The notes: generated from the letters alone by a model not told the origin. Numbered from the stretch's first letter, positions 36,851 through 47,335 are shown. The stretch: 64,000 bases of DNA from Candidatus Buchananbacteria bacterium CG10_big_fil_rev_8_21_14_0_10_33_19 (GCA_002773855.1 PEZY01000005.1:8237-72236), one strand, 5' to 3'. Numbers and translations: made by a program.

Positions 36851-38575
36851 ATGATCAATCAAAAAGATTTAGAAGATATTCTTCTACAGAATAAGATCTT
36901 AGATCAAAAACAATTAAAAAAATATCAGGAAACAATTAGAAAATCTCCTACCACCTTAGAAGATTTGATTACCGAAGAAAAAATAATTTCTCCAGCTTTG
37001 CTTTATGAAATGGCCGCCAAATTTTATAAGCTGCCATTTATTCATCTAAAGGACAAGACAATCCGCAAAGATATTTTATTTTTAATCCCCGAAATCACCG
37101 CCAGATCACACCAAACCATTGCCTTCGACAAAACCAATGAGGATTTGATGATTGCTACTCTCGATATATCTAATATCGAACTTTTTGATTTTTTAGCCAA
37201 AAAAACTCAACTAAATATCAAGCTCCATATTACCACCCCCGAAGATATTAATGACACTTTAAAAATATATCACAAGGGCTTAAATGCTGAAATTAAAGAA
37301 TTGGGCGAAGAAGAAAAAGATAAAACTGGTAAACCACAAGAATTAAAAAATCTAGCTCAGGATCTACCGATTGTTAGAGTGGTAGATACATTGCTAGAAT
37401 ACGCTATTTTAGAAAAAGCTTCGGATATTCATATTGAACCATCCGAAAAAGAAGTTGGGGTACGTTATCGAGTTGATGGTATTTTGCGCAAAGTAATGAC
37501 CCTGCCAAAATCTACACATGCTGGTGTAGTCGCTAGACTTAAAATTTTATCAAACCTCAAATTAGATGAGCATCGATTACCACAAGATGGCCGATTTAAA
37601 ATTAAAACCAAGGAATTCAAAGTGGCTTTTCGTATTTCTATTATTCCCACCTTTGATGGTGAAAAAGTCGTTATGCGTTTATTGCCAGATGAAGCTCAGC
37701 AATTAACTATTGAACAACTAGGCTTTGGCGCAGAATCTCTAAAACTAGTCCAAAGAAATATTGAAAAGCCTCATGGCATGATCCTAGTAACCGGTCCAAC
37801 TGGTAGTGGTAAAACTACCACTCTTTATACTATTCTAGGCGCGCTTAACAAGCCAGAAGTAAATATCTCTACTATTGAAGACCCCATTGAATACAAAATG
37901 AAAGGCATTAATCAAAGCCAAATCCAACCAAAAATCGGCTTTACTTTTGCTGCTGGCTTAAGAGCTTTTTTACGTCAAGATCCAGACATTATCATGGTCG
38001 GAGAAATTCGTGATACCGAAACTGCCGAGATATCTATCAATGCAGCTATGACTGGTCATTTGGTCTTATCTACTCTTCATACTAACGATGCGGTCACAGC
38101 TATCCCCCGTTTTATTGATATGAAAATACCAACTTTTTTGATTGCCTCAACAATTAACATTATTATTGCTCAAAGATTAGTTAGAAAAGTCTGTAAAAAT
38201 TGTATTGAAAGTTATAGTTTAGACAAAGCCACTATTGCTCAATTGCAACAACAATTTAATTTAGAAAAATTAGAAAAATACTTAATTGATCACGGTCATA
38301 TGACCAAAAAACAAAACATCAACTCAATGTTATTTTACCGTGGTAAGGGTTGTAATCAATGTGATAATAGTGGCTATAAAGGCCGCTTGGGCATCTACGA
38401 AACTCTAGAGGTAACCGAAAAAATGTCTGAATTAATTTTACGAAACGCTTCCCGAGATGAGCTAGAAAAATTAGCCATCGAAGAAGGGATGATGACTTTA
38501 CTGCAAGATGGTTTTATTAAAGCTAAAAATGGCTTAACCAGCCTAGAAGAAGTCTTAAGAGTGACCCAAGAATAA
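36851..38575 (+). CDS. pilB: Type IV pilus assembly ATPase PilB/GspE
   Basis: ASDIHIEP, LPQDGR, GPTGSGKTTT, LRQDPDIIMVGEIRD, Zn-binding CxxC pairs. Confidence 0.93.
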   Translation: MINQKDLEDILLQNKILDQKQLKKYQETIRKSPTTLEDLITEEKIISPALLYEMAAKFYKLPFIHLKDKTIRKDILFLIPEITARSHQTIAFDKTNEDLMIATLDISNIELFDFLAKKTQLNIKLHITTPEDINDTLKIYHKGLNAEIKELGEEEKDKTGKPQELKNLAQDLPIVRVVDTLLEYAILEKASDIHIEPSEKEVGVRYRVDGILRKVMTLPKSTHAGVVARLKILSNLKLDEHRLPQDGRFKIKTKEFKVAFRISIIPTFDGEKVVMRLLPDEAQQLTIEQLGFGAESLKLVQRNIEKPHGMILVTGPTGSGKTTTLYTILGALNKPEVNISTIEDPIEYKMKGINQSQIQPKIGFTFAAGLRAFLRQDPDIIMVGEIRDTETAEISINAAMTGHLVLSTLHTNDAVTAIPRFIDMKIPTFLIASTINIIIAQRLVRKVCKNCIESYSLDKATIAQLQQQFNLEKLEKYLIDHGHMTKKQNINSMLFYRGKGCNQCDNSGYKGRLGIYETLEVTEKMSELILRNASRDELEKLAIEEGMMTLLQDGFIKAKNGLTSLEEVLRVTQE

Positions 38576-38583
38576 TAAAAATT

Positions 38584-39639
38584 ATGAGAATAAAACTATT
38601 TAAAAAAATTTCATCAACTAATAAAATTTTCTTACTGCAAAATCTTTCAGTGATGATTAGAGCTGGCGTACCTCTAGCCGATGCTCTCAGTACTCTAGCC
38701 GATCAAACAAAAAATAAAAAATTAAAAGAAATTCTTTTTGATGTCCAAAATAAAATCAAAGAAGGCAAAACCTTTAGTGAAGGACTGGAACCATACCAAG
38801 AAAACTTTGGTGAAATGTTTATTAATATGATTAAAGCTGGTGAAACTTCTGGTCAACTAGATAGTGTTATTAAAGAGCTCCATGAGCAAACCAATAAAGA
38901 CCACAAATTAATGTCTAAAGTTAGAAATGCTCTAACATATCCAATTATTATTATTACAGCTATGTTTGGTATTGGTACTTTTATGATGGTTTTTGTACTG
39001 CCTAACATTACCAATCTATTTACCGAATTAGAGGTCCAACTACCATTACCAACTAGGATTTTAATTGCCGTTAGTAACTTTGTACAAGCTAATGGCCTAT
39101 ACTTGGTAATATTTATATTTATTGCCGTTGCCACTTTCATTAAAATAATCAGAACAAAGAAAGGTAAATATATTTTTGATAGTATTTTAATAAAAATACC
39201 AGTCATATCTGGTATTATAAAAAAAATTAACCTAGCTAGAGCCTCCAGAAGTCTAAGTTCATTAATTAAAACGGATATCACTATCATTGAAACATTACAA
39301 ATCACCTCTCGAGTCCTAGGCAACTCTCTTTATAAAAAAGCCCTCACAGAGTCTGCTGAACAAGTAAAAAAAGGCAACAAGATGGCTGATGTATTTAAAA
39401 ATTATCCAAATATATTTCCACCAAATATCATTCAGATGGTATCTGTTGGCGAAGAAACTGGATCGCTAGATGAAGTCTTAGAAAATTTAGCTGTCTTTTA
39501 TGAAGAGGAAGTTTACAGCACTATGGATAATTTACCAGTTATTATTGAGCCAGTTTTAATGATTTTAATTGGTATTGCTGTTGGTGGAATTGCTCTAGCT
39601 ATTATGATGCCAATGCAAACATTAACCGAAACTATTTAA
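38584..39639 (+). CDS. pilC: Type IV pilus platform protein PilC/GspF
   Basis: AGETSGQL, ALTYP, LPLPTRIL, VGEETGSL. Confidence 0.92.
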   Translation: MRIKLFKKISSTNKIFLLQNLSVMIRAGVPLADALSTLADQTKNKKLKEILFDVQNKIKEGKTFSEGLEPYQENFGEMFINMIKAGETSGQLDSVIKELHEQTNKDHKLMSKVRNALTYPIIIITAMFGIGTFMMVFVLPNITNLFTELEVQLPLPTRILIAVSNFVQANGLYLVIFIFIAVATFIKIIRTKKGKYIFDSILIKIPVISGIIKKINLARASRSLSSLIKTDITIIETLQITSRVLGNSLYKKALTESAEQVKKGNKMADVFKNYPNIFPPNIIQMVSVGEETGSLDEVLENLAVFYEEEVYSTMDNLPVIIEPVLMILIGIAVGGIALAIMMPMQTLTETI

Positions 39640-39641
39640 TA

Positions 39642-40097
39642 ATGATAGCTACAAAAAACAAACAAAACTCGGGTTTCAGCTTAATAGAAATACTGGGCGT
39701 TATTACAGTTATTAGCATTATTGCTCTAGTTATACTGCCAGTGTACACCAAAATTAAACCCACACTTAATCTAAATACGGAAACCAGGGACATGGCCTCA
39801 GATTTACGATTGGCTCAGCAATTATCTGTTACCGAACAAATCAATTACGCTGTGGTTTTTGATCAAAATGCTAATCAATATTCAATTATTAATACTGATA
39901 CCAGTGAAATCATAAAAACTAAAAACATTAATCCAGCTATATCAATTAATTCTATTAATGATCTAACAGATAATACGGCTATATTTAACGTCACTGGTGC
40001 GGCTACCGAAAATGGCTCTATTGTTTTAATAAATAGCAATAATTCAATCAGCACTATATCCATTAAACCATCAGGCTATGTTAAAATTGAACAATAA
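39642..40097 (+). CDS. Prepilin (FimT/GspH-like minor pilin)
   Basis: GFSLIE type IV methylation motif. Confidence 0.85.
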   Translation: MIATKNKQNSGFSLIEILGVITVISIIALVILPVYTKIKPTLNLNTETRDMASDLRLAQQLSVTEQINYAVVFDQNANQYSIINTDTSEIIKTKNINPAISINSINDLTDNTAIFNVTGAATENGSIVLINSNNSISTISIKPSGYVKIEQ

Positions 40098-40500
40098 GGG
40101 CATCACCCTACTTGAAGCAATGATTACAATCTTAGTTATAATGATTGGAATTTTATCGCTGGCAAAAATATTTCCTATCGCTTTTAAAATCGATAAAACT
40201 TCCGAACAAGCCACTGTAGCAGCAAACTTAGCTCAATCTGGTTTAGAAAATTTATTTTATTTAGATTACGATAATTTAACTGTTGGTACTATGGAAGTAA
40301 AAAATCGATTATCTAATGATCCCAGTGATCAATTTTATAACTACCAAAGAGAAATTTTAGTGGAGTATGTTGACGAAACTTTACAAACATCAATAACTGA
40401 TACCGGCCTAAAAAAATTAACGGTCAATATTTATTGGTATAACCAAGCCTTAAAAATCGAAAAAAATACTCAAGTTATATCACTAATTAGTAAAAAATAA
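40078..40500 (+). CDS. Prepilin (PilV-like minor pilin)
   Basis: KGITLLEAM motif. Confidence 0.85.
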   Translation: MLKLNNKGITLLEAMITILVIMIGILSLAKIFPIAFKIDKTSEQATVAANLAQSGLENLFYLDYDNLTVGTMEVKNRLSNDPSDQFYNYQREILVEYVDETLQTSITDTGLKKLTVNIYWYNQALKIEKNTQVISLISKK

Positions 40501-41072
40501 TGCCAAAAATTAAATATAATAAAAATGGCTTCTCTTTAATTGAAGTTGTTATGGTTATCAGTATTTCAGTAGTACTATTCTTAGTAGTAGCTATGGTTTA
40601 TTATATCAGTCAAACTACCTACCAAAAAACTGACACTAGAGCTGAAATTACTCAAAATGGCAGAGTAATACTAGACAGGATTATCAGAGAACTTAGACAA
40701 TCTCAAGCCATAATCACCACTCTCCCAGCTGACAACTCAAATCCAGACACTATACCATCAGAAATAAAATTTTTAGACGGTCACGACAGCAGTCAAATAT
40801 TGTACATTAGATATTATTTAGATGGTCAAGATATTAAAAGAGAATATTCTAGATATTATTTTGCCTCCGATCCCAATACTTATGTTTATATATCAGATAT
40901 CGACCAATTTGGTAATAACCCAATTCAAGAAATAGTTGAAGATAAAATAGTTGGTGAATATGCTAGCGATTTAGAATTCTGGGGCAATGGCTTAATTAAC
41001 ATAAATTTATATCTAATAAAAAATTCAGAAACTATAATAATAAATACATCTATTTATGGCCGAAATCTTTAA
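40500..41072 (+). CDS. Prepilin (PilW-like minor pilin)
   Basis: GFSLIE motif, DRIIRELRQ. Confidence 0.85.
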   Translation: MPKIKYNKNGFSLIEVVMVISISVVLFLVVAMVYYISQTTYQKTDTRAEITQNGRVILDRIIRELRQSQAIITTLPADNSNPDTIPSEIKFLDGHDSSQILYIRYYLDGQDIKREYSRYYFASDPNTYVYISDIDQFGNNPIQEIVEDKIVGEYASDLEFWGNGLININLYLIKNSETIIINTSIYGRNL

Positions 41073-42279
41073 AAAAATAATATCCAAATCAAAAAAAGAA
41101 AATGGCTTTATTTTAGTAACCACTATACTAGTAATGTCTTTAATGCTAGTTACTGCGATTTATGTTGTAAATTTTACTATCACAGAAATGAAGATATCCA
41201 ACAGCCAAGCTGTCGCTGCTAAAACATATTACCTAGCTGAGGCTGGAGTCAATGAATTGATTTGGAAAATTCAAAATAACTCAGCTACTGGCGAAGCTTT
41301 CCTAAACGGAACACTTAATTCATCAAATGACATTATTCGAAATGAAGTTTTTGGTGATAGCAATGCCAGTTATCAGGTATCCGCTATTAATACTGTGCCA
41401 GCCGAAGCTTGGATCATTGCTACTTCTACTTATCAAATTGCGGGCAAAACCTCTAGACGAGTTGTTAAATATTATATCACTCAAGCTACTGGTGATGGTT
41501 CAAACTGGAATTACACTGTCTTTGCTGGCGGTAAAGGGGCCCAACAAAATGGTAATTTTACCTTTACAGGCTCTGGATTAGTATTAGTTTCTAACGGTGG
41601 GCGATTACACGCCAATCAAAATTTAAAAGTTCAGGGCGCTGAAATTATAGTTAATGATGGCACTATTTCAGCTAGCAATAACATTCTAAAGGTTTCTGGT
41701 GGTAAAATAACTTTAAACAATAGCACTCAAAGCGCCCCAACTTCCACTATTGATGTCTTACCAATTGATTTCGACTCAGATAGTCCAACCTCATGGAAAA
41801 ATCGAGCCACAATTACCTATACCAAAGATCAATTTAAAAACCTGCCCAACAATACTACTTTAAATGGCATTATTTATGTTAGTGGTGACGCCGAAATTAT
41901 TGGTAAAAATATGACTATCAACGGTGTATTAGTCGCTGACGAAATTAAAATTACCAGCTCTGGTCAAACTATAACTGTCAATGCTGATCCAGTTTATGGT
42001 GGTGGCTTGCTGTCCGAAGGTGACCTTAAATTTACGACATCTGGTGGTGCTGTAAATGTTAATGGATTAATTTATTCTAGTGATGATTTAAAGATTACCA
42101 GCTCTGGAACCAACTTTGTAATCAATGGTGGCATGGCCGGCTTTGATGCTACTGTCACTGCTAGTGGTGGAGCCATCACTCTTAATTTTGCTCCAGAAAA
42201 TTTTGAAAATGTCATTGACCCAACCAACAACACTAATCCACCAGTGATCCAAATAGACCACTGGGAAGAACAATACTAA
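41056..42279 (+). CDS. PilX-like minor pilin with beta-helix-like C-domain
   Basis: GFILVTT without Glu5, YYLAEAGV, C-terminal WEE. Confidence 0.8.
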   Translation: MAEIFKKIISKSKKENGFILVTTILVMSLMLVTAIYVVNFTITEMKISNSQAVAAKTYYLAEAGVNELIWKIQNNSATGEAFLNGTLNSSNDIIRNEVFGDSNASYQVSAINTVPAEAWIIATSTYQIAGKTSRRVVKYYITQATGDGSNWNYTVFAGGKGAQQNGNFTFTGSGLVLVSNGGRLHANQNLKVQGAEIIVNDGTISASNNILKVSGGKITLNNSTQSAPTSTIDVLPIDFDSDSPTSWKNRATITYTKDQFKNLPNNTTLNGIIYVSGDAEIIGKNMTINGVLVADEIKITSSGQTITVNADPVYGGGLLSEGDLKFTTSGGAVNVNGLIYSSDDLKITSSGTNFVINGGMAGFDATVTASGGAITLNFAPENFENVIDPTNNTNPPVIQIDHWEEQY

Positions 42280-42335
42280 AATTTATATTATATCAAATAT
42301 TTGCTATAATTATAGCAATAAATACAAATAAATAA

Positions 42336-43394
42336 ATGTCTTTTTTAAACACAACTGAAGTCGCTTTTGGCTTAGATATATCAGATAGAAATCTACGTAT
42401 GATTCAGTTAGAAAAAAAATCAAAGAAAATTAAAGTGCAGCTATACAGTGAGGTAAAATTACCACCTGATTGTATTATTAGCGGAGAAATCAAACAACCT
42501 AAAGTCTTTTTAGATTCTCTTAACAAAATGATTAAAACTAAAGTTGGGCGTGGCAAACTAAGCGACGAAGTTATTAGTGTTTTACCAGAAGAAAAAACTT
42601 TTTTTAAAATCATAAATATGCCTTTGGTTTCTGACGAAGAAATCATTGATAAAATCAAAGAAGTATTACCACAAGATATCCCTGTTGATTTTAATGATGT
42701 CTATATGGACTATCAAATAATGGAAAAAACCGACAAGGGTTTAGTAGTGCTGGTTGGCATTTCACCTAAAAACATAATTGAATCTTATGTTGATATACTA
42801 GCCAAGGCTAATTTAATACCAACAGTTCTAGAGATAGAATCAGCGCCAATTTCCAGATTATTATTAGAACAAGCCACCAACCAAACTCCACAAATTATCA
42901 TAGACATTGGTGCTCAAAGAACTGGTTTATTTTTACACGATAAGACCATCAAATTTACAGTTAGTCTACCTATTTCTGGTAATAACATTACGAAACACAT
43001 TGTAGATACTCTAGAAATGAAATGGGATGAAGCCGAAAAAGCTAAAATAGTTTGTGGGCTCGATAAAACAAAATGCCATGGCGCCTTACTAGAAATATTT
43101 TCTGATGTTATAAATGAATTGAATACCAGAATAACCAAAGCAATCAACTTCTACTATTATAATTTTCCAGATTCTAAAAAAATTGAAAGAATCGTACTCT
43201 GTGGTGGTGGTGCCAACTTTATCGACATAGCTCCAGTACTTGAAAGTAAACTCAAAATACCAGTAGTAGTTAGCAACCCCTGGGAAATAATAGAAAATCC
43301 CAATACATCTTTTTTTAATGACCAAAGATCACAATCCTTTATTACTGCTCTAGGGCTAGGACTTAGAGGTCTAAGACCAGATACATTTTTATGA
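42336..43394 (+). CDS. pilM: Type IV pilus assembly protein PilM
   Basis: FGLDISD, IIDIGA, LCGGGA, ALGLGLR. Confidence 0.92.
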   Translation: MSFLNTTEVAFGLDISDRNLRMIQLEKKSKKIKVQLYSEVKLPPDCIISGEIKQPKVFLDSLNKMIKTKVGRGKLSDEVISVLPEEKTFFKIINMPLVSDEEIIDKIKEVLPQDIPVDFNDVYMDYQIMEKTDKGLVVLVGISPKNIIESYVDILAKANLIPTVLEIESAPISRLLLEQATNQTPQIIIDIGAQRTGLFLHDKTIKFTVSLPISGNNITKHIVDTLEMKWDEAEKAKIVCGLDKTKCHGALLEIFSDVINELNTRITKAINFYYYNFPDSKKIERIVLCGGGANFIDIAPVLESKLKIPVVVSNPWEIIENPNTSFFNDQRSQSFITALGLGLRGLRPDTFL

Positions 43395-43927
43395 TAACCA
43401 TTAATCTACTATCCCCCAGTCAAAAAAGGGAGCTAAAAATCAAAAGAGTCTACGTGGCTGTTAAGGAGCTTATCATTTTAGTTTTACTTTTTACTTTAAT
43501 TATTGCCATATTATTACTAATCTCTAAGTATGTTTTAGACAATAGTTTAGCTAGATTAATCGAGAGAAACGCCTACAGCATTGCTGAGAATAGGGAGGTA
43601 ATCAATAAAATTAATACCCTTAACTCAAAGATAATAACCGTAGATAAAATACAAAAGGATTTTAAAAAATGGTCAAATTTCTTTATTATAATATCTGAAA
43701 TTACCCCCAATAATATTTCATATGACCTAGTAAAAATAAGTTACCAAGATAAATCCATAGAAATAAAAGGCGTGGCTAAAAACAGAGGAGACTTAACAAA
43801 ATTAAAAGACAATTTAATTAGCTCTGGGCTCTTTGAAGATATTAATCTACCACTTAAAGATCTTTTGGCCAAAGATAATAATACTTTTTCGATTACTGCT
43901 AAAATAATACTAGATAAAATAAAATAA
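43391..43927 (+). CDS. pilN: PilN-like protein
   Basis: MITINLL, TM, coiled coil, IKGVA. Confidence 0.8.
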   Translation: MITINLLSPSQKRELKIKRVYVAVKELIILVLLFTLIIAILLLISKYVLDNSLARLIERNAYSIAENREVINKINTLNSKIITVDKIQKDFKKWSNFFIIISEITPNNISYDLVKISYQDKSIEIKGVAKNRGDLTKLKDNLISSGLFEDINLPLKDLLAKDNNTFSITAKIILDKIK

Positions 43928-43929
43928 AT

Positions 43930-44475
43930 ATGGTTTTAAGTTATTATAAAAATAGATTCTACATCAATATAGGAGTGATATTATTATTTTTTACTTTCAT
44001 AACTGCTTTTATAATTTTTCCAGCTCTCAAGGAGATATCAGCTGTTAACCAAGAAATTACTAACGAAAGAATTAAATTAGAAAGAAAATTAGCTCTCGGT
44101 TTGAATATTAAAAAAGTCATAAAGGACTTAGATAACATAGAAGAGACTGCTAAAACCTTAGATGACATATTTTTAGAAAAAAATAGTGAACTAAATATAA
44201 TAAACAATCTAGAATCACTAGCCAATCAACATAACACCAATATAGACATAACTTCTGATTTCGTAAAAAAAGACATTGGACCAAATACAAATGCCATGGA
44301 ATTAAAAATCATTGCTACCGGCAGTTACAAACAAATACTTAATTTTATCAGTGGAATAGAAAACCAAAAAAATTATTTTAATTTACAGAATATTTCTTTT
44401 ACTAAAAACAAAAAATCTGACGGCTCCAGTACTGTAGTCGCTCAATTAATTGGCAATGTTTATTTTAAAAAATGA
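43930..44475 (+). CDS. pilO: PilO-like protein
   Basis: TM, coiled coil, GSYKQILNFISGIE. Confidence 0.75.
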   Translation: MVLSYYKNRFYINIGVILLFFTFITAFIIFPALKEISAVNQEITNERIKLERKLALGLNIKKVIKDLDNIEETAKTLDDIFLEKNSELNIINNLESLANQHNTNIDITSDFVKKDIGPNTNAMELKIIATGSYKQILNFISGIENQKNYFNLQNISFTKNKKSDGSSTVVAQLIGNVYFKK

Positions 44476-44786
44476 AAAATAAAAAAATAAAAAAAATAAA
44501 TTTCTTTATACTAATCAGGTATCTCTACCCTATTACTATTATTATTATCATTATTGCCTTGTTTATTTTGATAAGATTTTTATACAACAATGTATATCAA
44601 ACAATAATTGAAGCCGAATTAATCACTGACCTAAGAAAAGAAATATCTGATCAAAACCTAGAGAAAGATAAATTCGACAAAGTAATAGATGAAATTGAAC
44701 AAAAAACAAATTCTGAAAAAATTAACACAGCAGATATTAAAGATCCATTTCAAAATTTAATCACTACACCGCCACCAACCATCTAG
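44472..44786 (+). CDS. Small membrane protein closing the pilus operon
   Basis: TM and KDPF motif, in the PilP position. Confidence 0.55.
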   Translation: MKNKKIKKINFFILIRYLYPITIIIIIIALFILIRFLYNNVYQTIIEAELITDLRKEISDQNLEKDKFDKVIDEIEQKTNSEKINTADIKDPFQNLITTPPPTI

Positions 44787-44792
44787 TAAAAT

Positions 44793-44822
44793 AAAAACCA
44801 CTATTTCAAAATAGTGGTTTTT
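44793..44822. terminator. Bidirectional terminator
   Basis: AAAACCACTATTT-CA-AAATAGTGGTTTTT. Confidence 0.85.
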
Positions 44823-44832
44823 ATTTTATAGA

Positions 44833-46020
44833 TTAAAGACTTCTCAGCTTAGTAACGGCCGTAATTAATTCTGTCAAAAATATATCAATTTCTTCTTGTG
44901 TATTGTATTTACTTAGACTGACTCGCAAACTACTATGTGCTAATTCACTGGGCACACCAATGGCTAATAACACATGAGATGGGTCCAGCGACCCAGCTGA
45001 ACAAGCTGAGCCAGTAGACAAAGCAATACCTCTTTCAGAAAGCATCAAAACAATATCCTCCCCTTCAGCGCCATCAAAAACAAAGCTAGCATTATTAGGC
45101 GATCTTTCTTCCATACCACCAGTCAAAATAGCTCCATCTATAGTTGTTAGTACTCGATTTATTATACAATCCCTTAATTCAATTAAAGATTGATTTATCT
45201 GACTGCGCTTAGATTCATTACCAAGCAAATCTATGGCAGCAGTCAAACCAACAATTCCCGGCACATTATAAGTACCAGGTCGAATATTAGCCTGTTGATG
45301 ACCGCCAAAAACCAATGGCTTAAAAGGAGTATTCTGCCGAATATATATAGCTCCAACACCCTTTGGTCCATAAATTTTATGGCCAGACATAGATAGTAAA
45401 TCAACTTTTAGATCAGCTACATTACAATTCACAAAATTAATAGCCTGAGTGGCATCAGTATGAAAATATATTTTAGTCTCTCGAGTTTTATTTAATTCTG
45501 ATATTAATTCCCCAAATTGAGTAATTGGTAAAATAGTCCCTATTTCATTATTAATATACATTATAGACACTAAAACAGTTTCTGGCCTAATAGCTTCCTT
45601 TAAGGTTGCCACATCAATCATGCCATTCTTGTCTGGTAGTAAATAAGTTACTTCAACTCCCTGCTTCTCCAGTTCATGGCAAGGCTCTAAGATAGCATCA
45701 TGTTCTATCTTAGTAGTAATAACATGAAGTTTAGAATCAACATCTTTATTTGATGATTTAATAGCTTCTACAACGCCAAAAATAGCCATGTTATCACTTT
45801 CTGTAGCTCCAGAGGTAAAATACACCTCCGATTTACTACAACCCAAAAAATTAGCCAACTTCGCTTGAGATCTGTCCACTACCACCCGATTATCCAAACC
45901 AGCATAATGCAGAGAAGAAGCATTGCCATACTCTTCCTGCATATACGGCAACATGGCATCCAAAACCATCGGATCCATTTTAGTAGTTGCCGCATTGTCC
46001 AGATATATTCTTTGTATCAT
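44833..46020 (-). CDS. iscS: Cysteine desulfurase IscS/NifS
   Basis: YLDNAATT, FTSGATES, SGHKIYGPKG, STGSACS. Confidence 0.95.
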   Translation of the reverse strand: MIQRIYLDNAATTKMDPMVLDAMLPYMQEEYGNASSLHYAGLDNRVVVDRSQAKLANFLGCSKSEVYFTSGATESDNMAIFGVVEAIKSSNKDVDSKLHVITTKIEHDAILEPCHELEKQGVEVTYLLPDKNGMIDVATLKEAIRPETVLVSIMYINNEIGTILPITQFGELISELNKTRETKIYFHTDATQAINFVNCNVADLKVDLLSMSGHKIYGPKGVGAIYIRQNTPFKPLVFGGHQQANIRPGTYNVPGIVGLTAAIDLLGNESKRSQINQSLIELRDCIINRVLTTIDGAILTGGMEERSPNNASFVFDGAEGEDIVLMLSERGIALSTGSACSAGSLDPSHVLLAIGVPSELAHSSLRVSLSKYNTQEEIDIFLTELITAVTKLRSL

Positions 46021-46030
46021 AGATATTTAA

Positions 46031-46255
46031 TTAAATAGCCACAACCTCTTTAACGTCTGGTATTTCTTGTTTAATCGTTCTACCGATACCTTCTTGTAAA
46101 GTAATCTGAGACATCGGACAGCCAACACAGGCACCACTCAACTGAATTGTCAAAAGTCCAGTTTCAGTATCGAAAGACACAAATTCAACATCACCACCAT
46201 CCATTTGGATATATGGCCGAATTTTATTTAATTGTTTTTTAATTTTAGCTTCCAT
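46031..46255 (-). CDS. NifU-like Fe-S carrier (Nfu domain)
   Basis: IRPYIQMDGGDVE, GACVGCPMS. Confidence 0.92.
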   Translation of the reverse strand: MEAKIKKQLNKIRPYIQMDGGDVEFVSFDTETGLLTIQLSGACVGCPMSQITLQEGIGRTIKQEIPDVKEVVAI

Positions 46256-46283
46256 AAAATCATTATTAATGAATTTAAATTTA

Positions 46284-46306
46284 ATCCCTACTAATCTAGT
46301 TGGTAT
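46284..46306. promoter_or_regulatory. Rrf2/IscR-like palindromic operator
   Basis: ATCCCTACT-N5-AGTTGGTAT (7 of 9 symmetric) between the nifU promoter (-35 TTGACA 46341-46336) and its start codon. Confidence 0.55.
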
Positions 46307-46346
46307 TTAAATACCGTAACAAATTTAAAGCAATTTGTCAAAGTCT

Positions 46347-47192
46347 TTACTTATTAACTACCACCATTTTTTTAGGCTGGGCAGTCATTTGTTCATCAGT
46401 CACCTCATAATGCGACCAATCTGGATTCCAATCATGAATAGCATTAATTAAGACGTCGTATTTATATTTAAAACTATCACCTCTTTTGGTGCCAACCTCA
46501 TTAACAATAAATTCATCACTGTCATAACCCTTAATCACTAGCATATGATAAATTGGTCCGGGTGCTCTAAAGTAAGGGTTATTTAATTCCCGACCAGCCA
46601 GTGGCACTATTATCAAATTACCCAAACTTAATTCATATTTAATCCGATTAACACTCACGTCATTAATGACTTTAGCTGATAAATTAAAATAATCTTTTAA
46701 AACTGCCACAGTTTGGACTACGCTTAAATCAATTTTATAACCATTATTTTTCTCCCAAGCATCTAACTTAACCAGCTCATCTGCCATGATTTTTTCATCC
46801 AAAGGTTGATTTAAAAAATATTTAGCTGCTGTCACCATAGAAGCCTCTTCACAGGCTTCTTCATTAAGTTCATTCCAATTGCCAAAAGGTGCTTGCGGTG
46901 CGAAGGCCACATCCAATTCTAATTTAGTTGGTATTTCAACGGTTACCGGTGCTGTTACTGGTTCTTTAGTATTAGTATTAGTATTAGTATTAGTATTAGT
47001 ATTAGTATTGGTATTGGTATTGGTATTAGTCGCATCCGATGTGGCGTTCGTGTTTTCATTAGACACGACATTATTGTTTTCCAAAATATTTTCATCATTA
47101 ACTGGCAAATCAATATTAATAACTGTAGACTGCTTAGTGCAGCCAGTTAAAAAAAATACCAGGAATAATAACGATAAGAGTCTTAATGACAT
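46347..47192 (-). CDS. Lipoprotein with peptidase C39-like domain
   Basis: FLTGC lipobox; QAP...EACEEAS, YHMLVIKGYD, IVNE. Confidence 0.8.
   Translation of the reverse strand: MSLRLLSLLFLVFFLTGCTKQSTVINIDLPVNDENILENNNVVSNENTNATSDATNTNTNTNTNTNTNTNTNTNTKEPVTAPVTVEIPTKLELDVAFAPQAPFGNWNELNEEACEEASMVTAAKYFLNQPLDEKIMADELVKLDAWEKNNGYKIDLSVVQTVAVLKDYFNLSAKVINDVSVNRIKYELSLGNLIIVPLAGRELNNPYFRAPGPIYHMLVIKGYDSDEFIVNEVGTKRGDSFKYKYDVLINAIHDWNPDWSHYEVTDEQMTAQPKKMVVVNK
46968..47030. repeat. Hexanucleotide microsatellite encoding (Asn-Thr)10
   Basis: 7 x AGTATT plus 3 x GGTATT. Confidence 0.95.
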
Positions 47193-47335
47193 AATTTATT
47201 TTTACTAATTATTTAAATAAATTATAGCAAATTTTAGGAATATTGGTAGATATTGATAAATAATCAATAATAACTTAAGATTAACTTACAAAATACATTG
47301 GATTTGCACTTTTAAAACCAACGGAGACTACCGAC

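Noticed and set aside
36851-44786. Type II secretion system or novel secretion apparatus
   Set aside because: PilM/N/O and minor pilins without a secretin is the ordinary CPR type IV pilus layout
46879-47208. ORF with a poly-(Leu-Val) tract on the + strand
   Set aside because: Antisense shadow of the Asn-Thr microsatellite
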